DNA of 24,000 bases from Oscillospiraceae bacterium (GTDB lineage Bacteria > Bacillota > Clostridia > Oscillospirales > Oscillospiraceae), in assembly GCA_902790375.1 (NCBI GenBank), contig CADARY010000049.1, positions 5,963-29,962 of the forward strand, given 5' to 3'. The translations under genes and the position numbers were made by a program. The notes beneath the pieces are model-generated. The model made no database searches. It had not been told where the DNA came from and saw nothing but the letters and a program-made list of their open reading frames with translations. Positions 23,041-24,000 of the stretch are shown piece by piece. Within the stretch, counting starts at the first letter, position 1, and each line of letters opens with the position of its first letter.

Positions 23041-23514
23041 GTAGGGTTCGGGAGGTCTCTTACCACGGACTTCGGCTGCAAACTGGCCGACCTTCTGCTT
23101 GTCGATACCCTTGATGATGATGTGGTTTGCGTCGGGAACGTCGATCTGGATGTCCTCATTCTCGGACATCGTGACCTGGTGGGAGTAACCCAGGTTCATG
23201 ACCAGGTTCTTGCCCTCCTTCTGGGCACGGTAACCGACACCGTTGATCTCGAGCTTCTTCTCAAAGCCCTTGGTCACGCCGACGACCATGTTGTCGACGA
23301 GGGTGCGGGTCAGACCGTGGAGAGAACGGTTCTCCTTGGTGTCGTCGGGGCGGGTGACGTGGATCACACCGTCCTGGATGTCGATCTTCATCTGGGGTAC
23401 GAGGGTGCGCTCGATGCTGCCCTTGGGGCCCTTGACGGTGATGTGGTTGTGCTCGTCGACCTTGACTTCAACGCCGGCGGGAACATGGATGGGTGCTCTA
23501 CCGATTCTAGACAT
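23041..23514 (-). CDS. rplF: 50S ribosomal protein L6 portion of a fused L6-L18 ORF (C-terminal ~20 aa and stop missing)
   Basis: [19 protein letters not shown]...[13 protein letters not shown] matches L6 for 158 aa. The usual KGKGIRY...GK tail, the stop codon and the intergenic RBS are all absent. Confidence 0.8.
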
Positions 23515-23526
23515 GTCTCTTCCTCC

Positions 23527-23925
23527 TTACCATACGAACGCCAGGACTTCGCCGCCGACATGCTCTTTGCGGGCCTGCTTGTCGGTCATGACGCCCTTGG
23601 AAGTGGAAATGATGGCGATGCCCAGACCCTTGAGCACGCGGGGGAGCTCGTCAGCGCCTGCGTAAACGCGCAGACCGGGCTTGCTCACGCGGCGCAGGCC
23701 CTGGATGGCCTTCTCTTTGCCGGGGAGATACTTGAGGGTAATGCGGATGATGCCCTGAGTACCGTCGTCGATCACCTGGTAGTTCTTGATGTAGCCTTCG
23801 TTGAGAAGGATCTCGGCGATGGCCTTCTTCATCTTGGAGGCGGGAACGTCGACGGACTCATGCTTGGCGCTTCCGGCGTTGCGGATGCGGGTCAGCATAT
23901 CGGCAATGGGGTCGGTGATCTGCAT
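23527..23925 (-). CDS. rpsH: 30S ribosomal protein S8
   Basis: [17 protein letters not shown]...GGEVLAFVW; full length at 132 aa. Confidence 0.97.
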   Translation of the reverse strand: MQITDPIADMLTRIRNAGSAKHESVDVPASKMKKAIAEILLNEGYIKNYQVIDDGTQGIIRITLKYLPGKEKAIQGLRRVSKPGLRVYAGADELPRVLKGLGIAIISTSKGVMTDKQARKEHVGGEVLAFVW

Positions 23926-23949
23926 GTGGTTTTCCTCCTGTATTTAGAG

Positions 23950-24000
23950 TTACCGGGATTTGCCCGGTGATGGCGATGAGGTTCCATGCCAATGCCTGAT
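23950..24000 (-). pseudogene. rpsN: 3' end of 30S ribosomal protein S14 gene (partial at window edge), apparently disrupted
   Basis: Codons at 23951-23965 encode GQIPG, and the next codon gives V, matching the conserved S14 C-terminal motif in the expected position upstream of rpsH. That frame lacks the terminal K-x-S-W and has no stop before rpsH. The only nearby TAA (23950-23952) is out of frame. Upstream residues in that frame are also poorly S14-like. Confidence 0.4.

Noticed and set aside
1-24000. Checked for CRISPR arrays, tRNA/rRNA genes, transposases or integrases, and long tandem repeats.
   Set aside because: None were recognised by eye. The only substantial repeat is the 122-nt cassette duplication reported above.

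Overview
High-GC (about 60%) chromosomal segment from a spore-forming Firmicute; the taxonomic guess (Clostridia, Oscillospiraceae-like) is inference only. Left to right:
- the 3' end of a LivJ-type binding protein plus livHMGF (+);
- sigG (-) with a forespore-type promoter;
- a visibly AT-richer accessory islet of about 2.7 kb (about 5.33-8.09 kb). It holds two type II TA pairs (Phd/RelE on -, Phd/ParE on +), a divergent XRE-HTH / unknown 103-aa protein module with a perfect 15-bp inverted-repeat operator, a decayed and internally deleted second copy of that module, and an untracked 58-codon ORF;
- an LCP (LytR-CpsA-Psr) gene (-) behind a second copy of the sigG promoter motif and a long structured 5' UTR;
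- a COG2984/COG4120/COG1101 ABC importer (+), the family linked to Trp/Tyr uptake;
- a yjjI-yjjW glycyl-radical enzyme/activase pair (-);
- the spc/alpha ribosomal cluster (-): rpsN'-rpsH-rplF-rplR-rpsE-rpmD-rplO-secY-adk-map-infA-rpmJ-rpsM-rpsK-rpsD-rpoA-rplQ.
Most interesting item: the ABC importer is preceded by a sigma-A promoter, an 18-20 codon Tyr-rich mini-ORF and an intrinsic terminator, which makes a candidate ribosome-mediated attenuator. Other notable points: a 245-nt structured spacer between rpmJ and rpsM, and four ORF-disrupting lesions in essential ribosomal genes (rpsK, rplO, the rplF-rplR junction, the rpsN 3' end). The lesions look like missing sequence and may be assembly artefacts. 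No rRNA, tRNA, CRISPR array, transposase or integrase was recognised.
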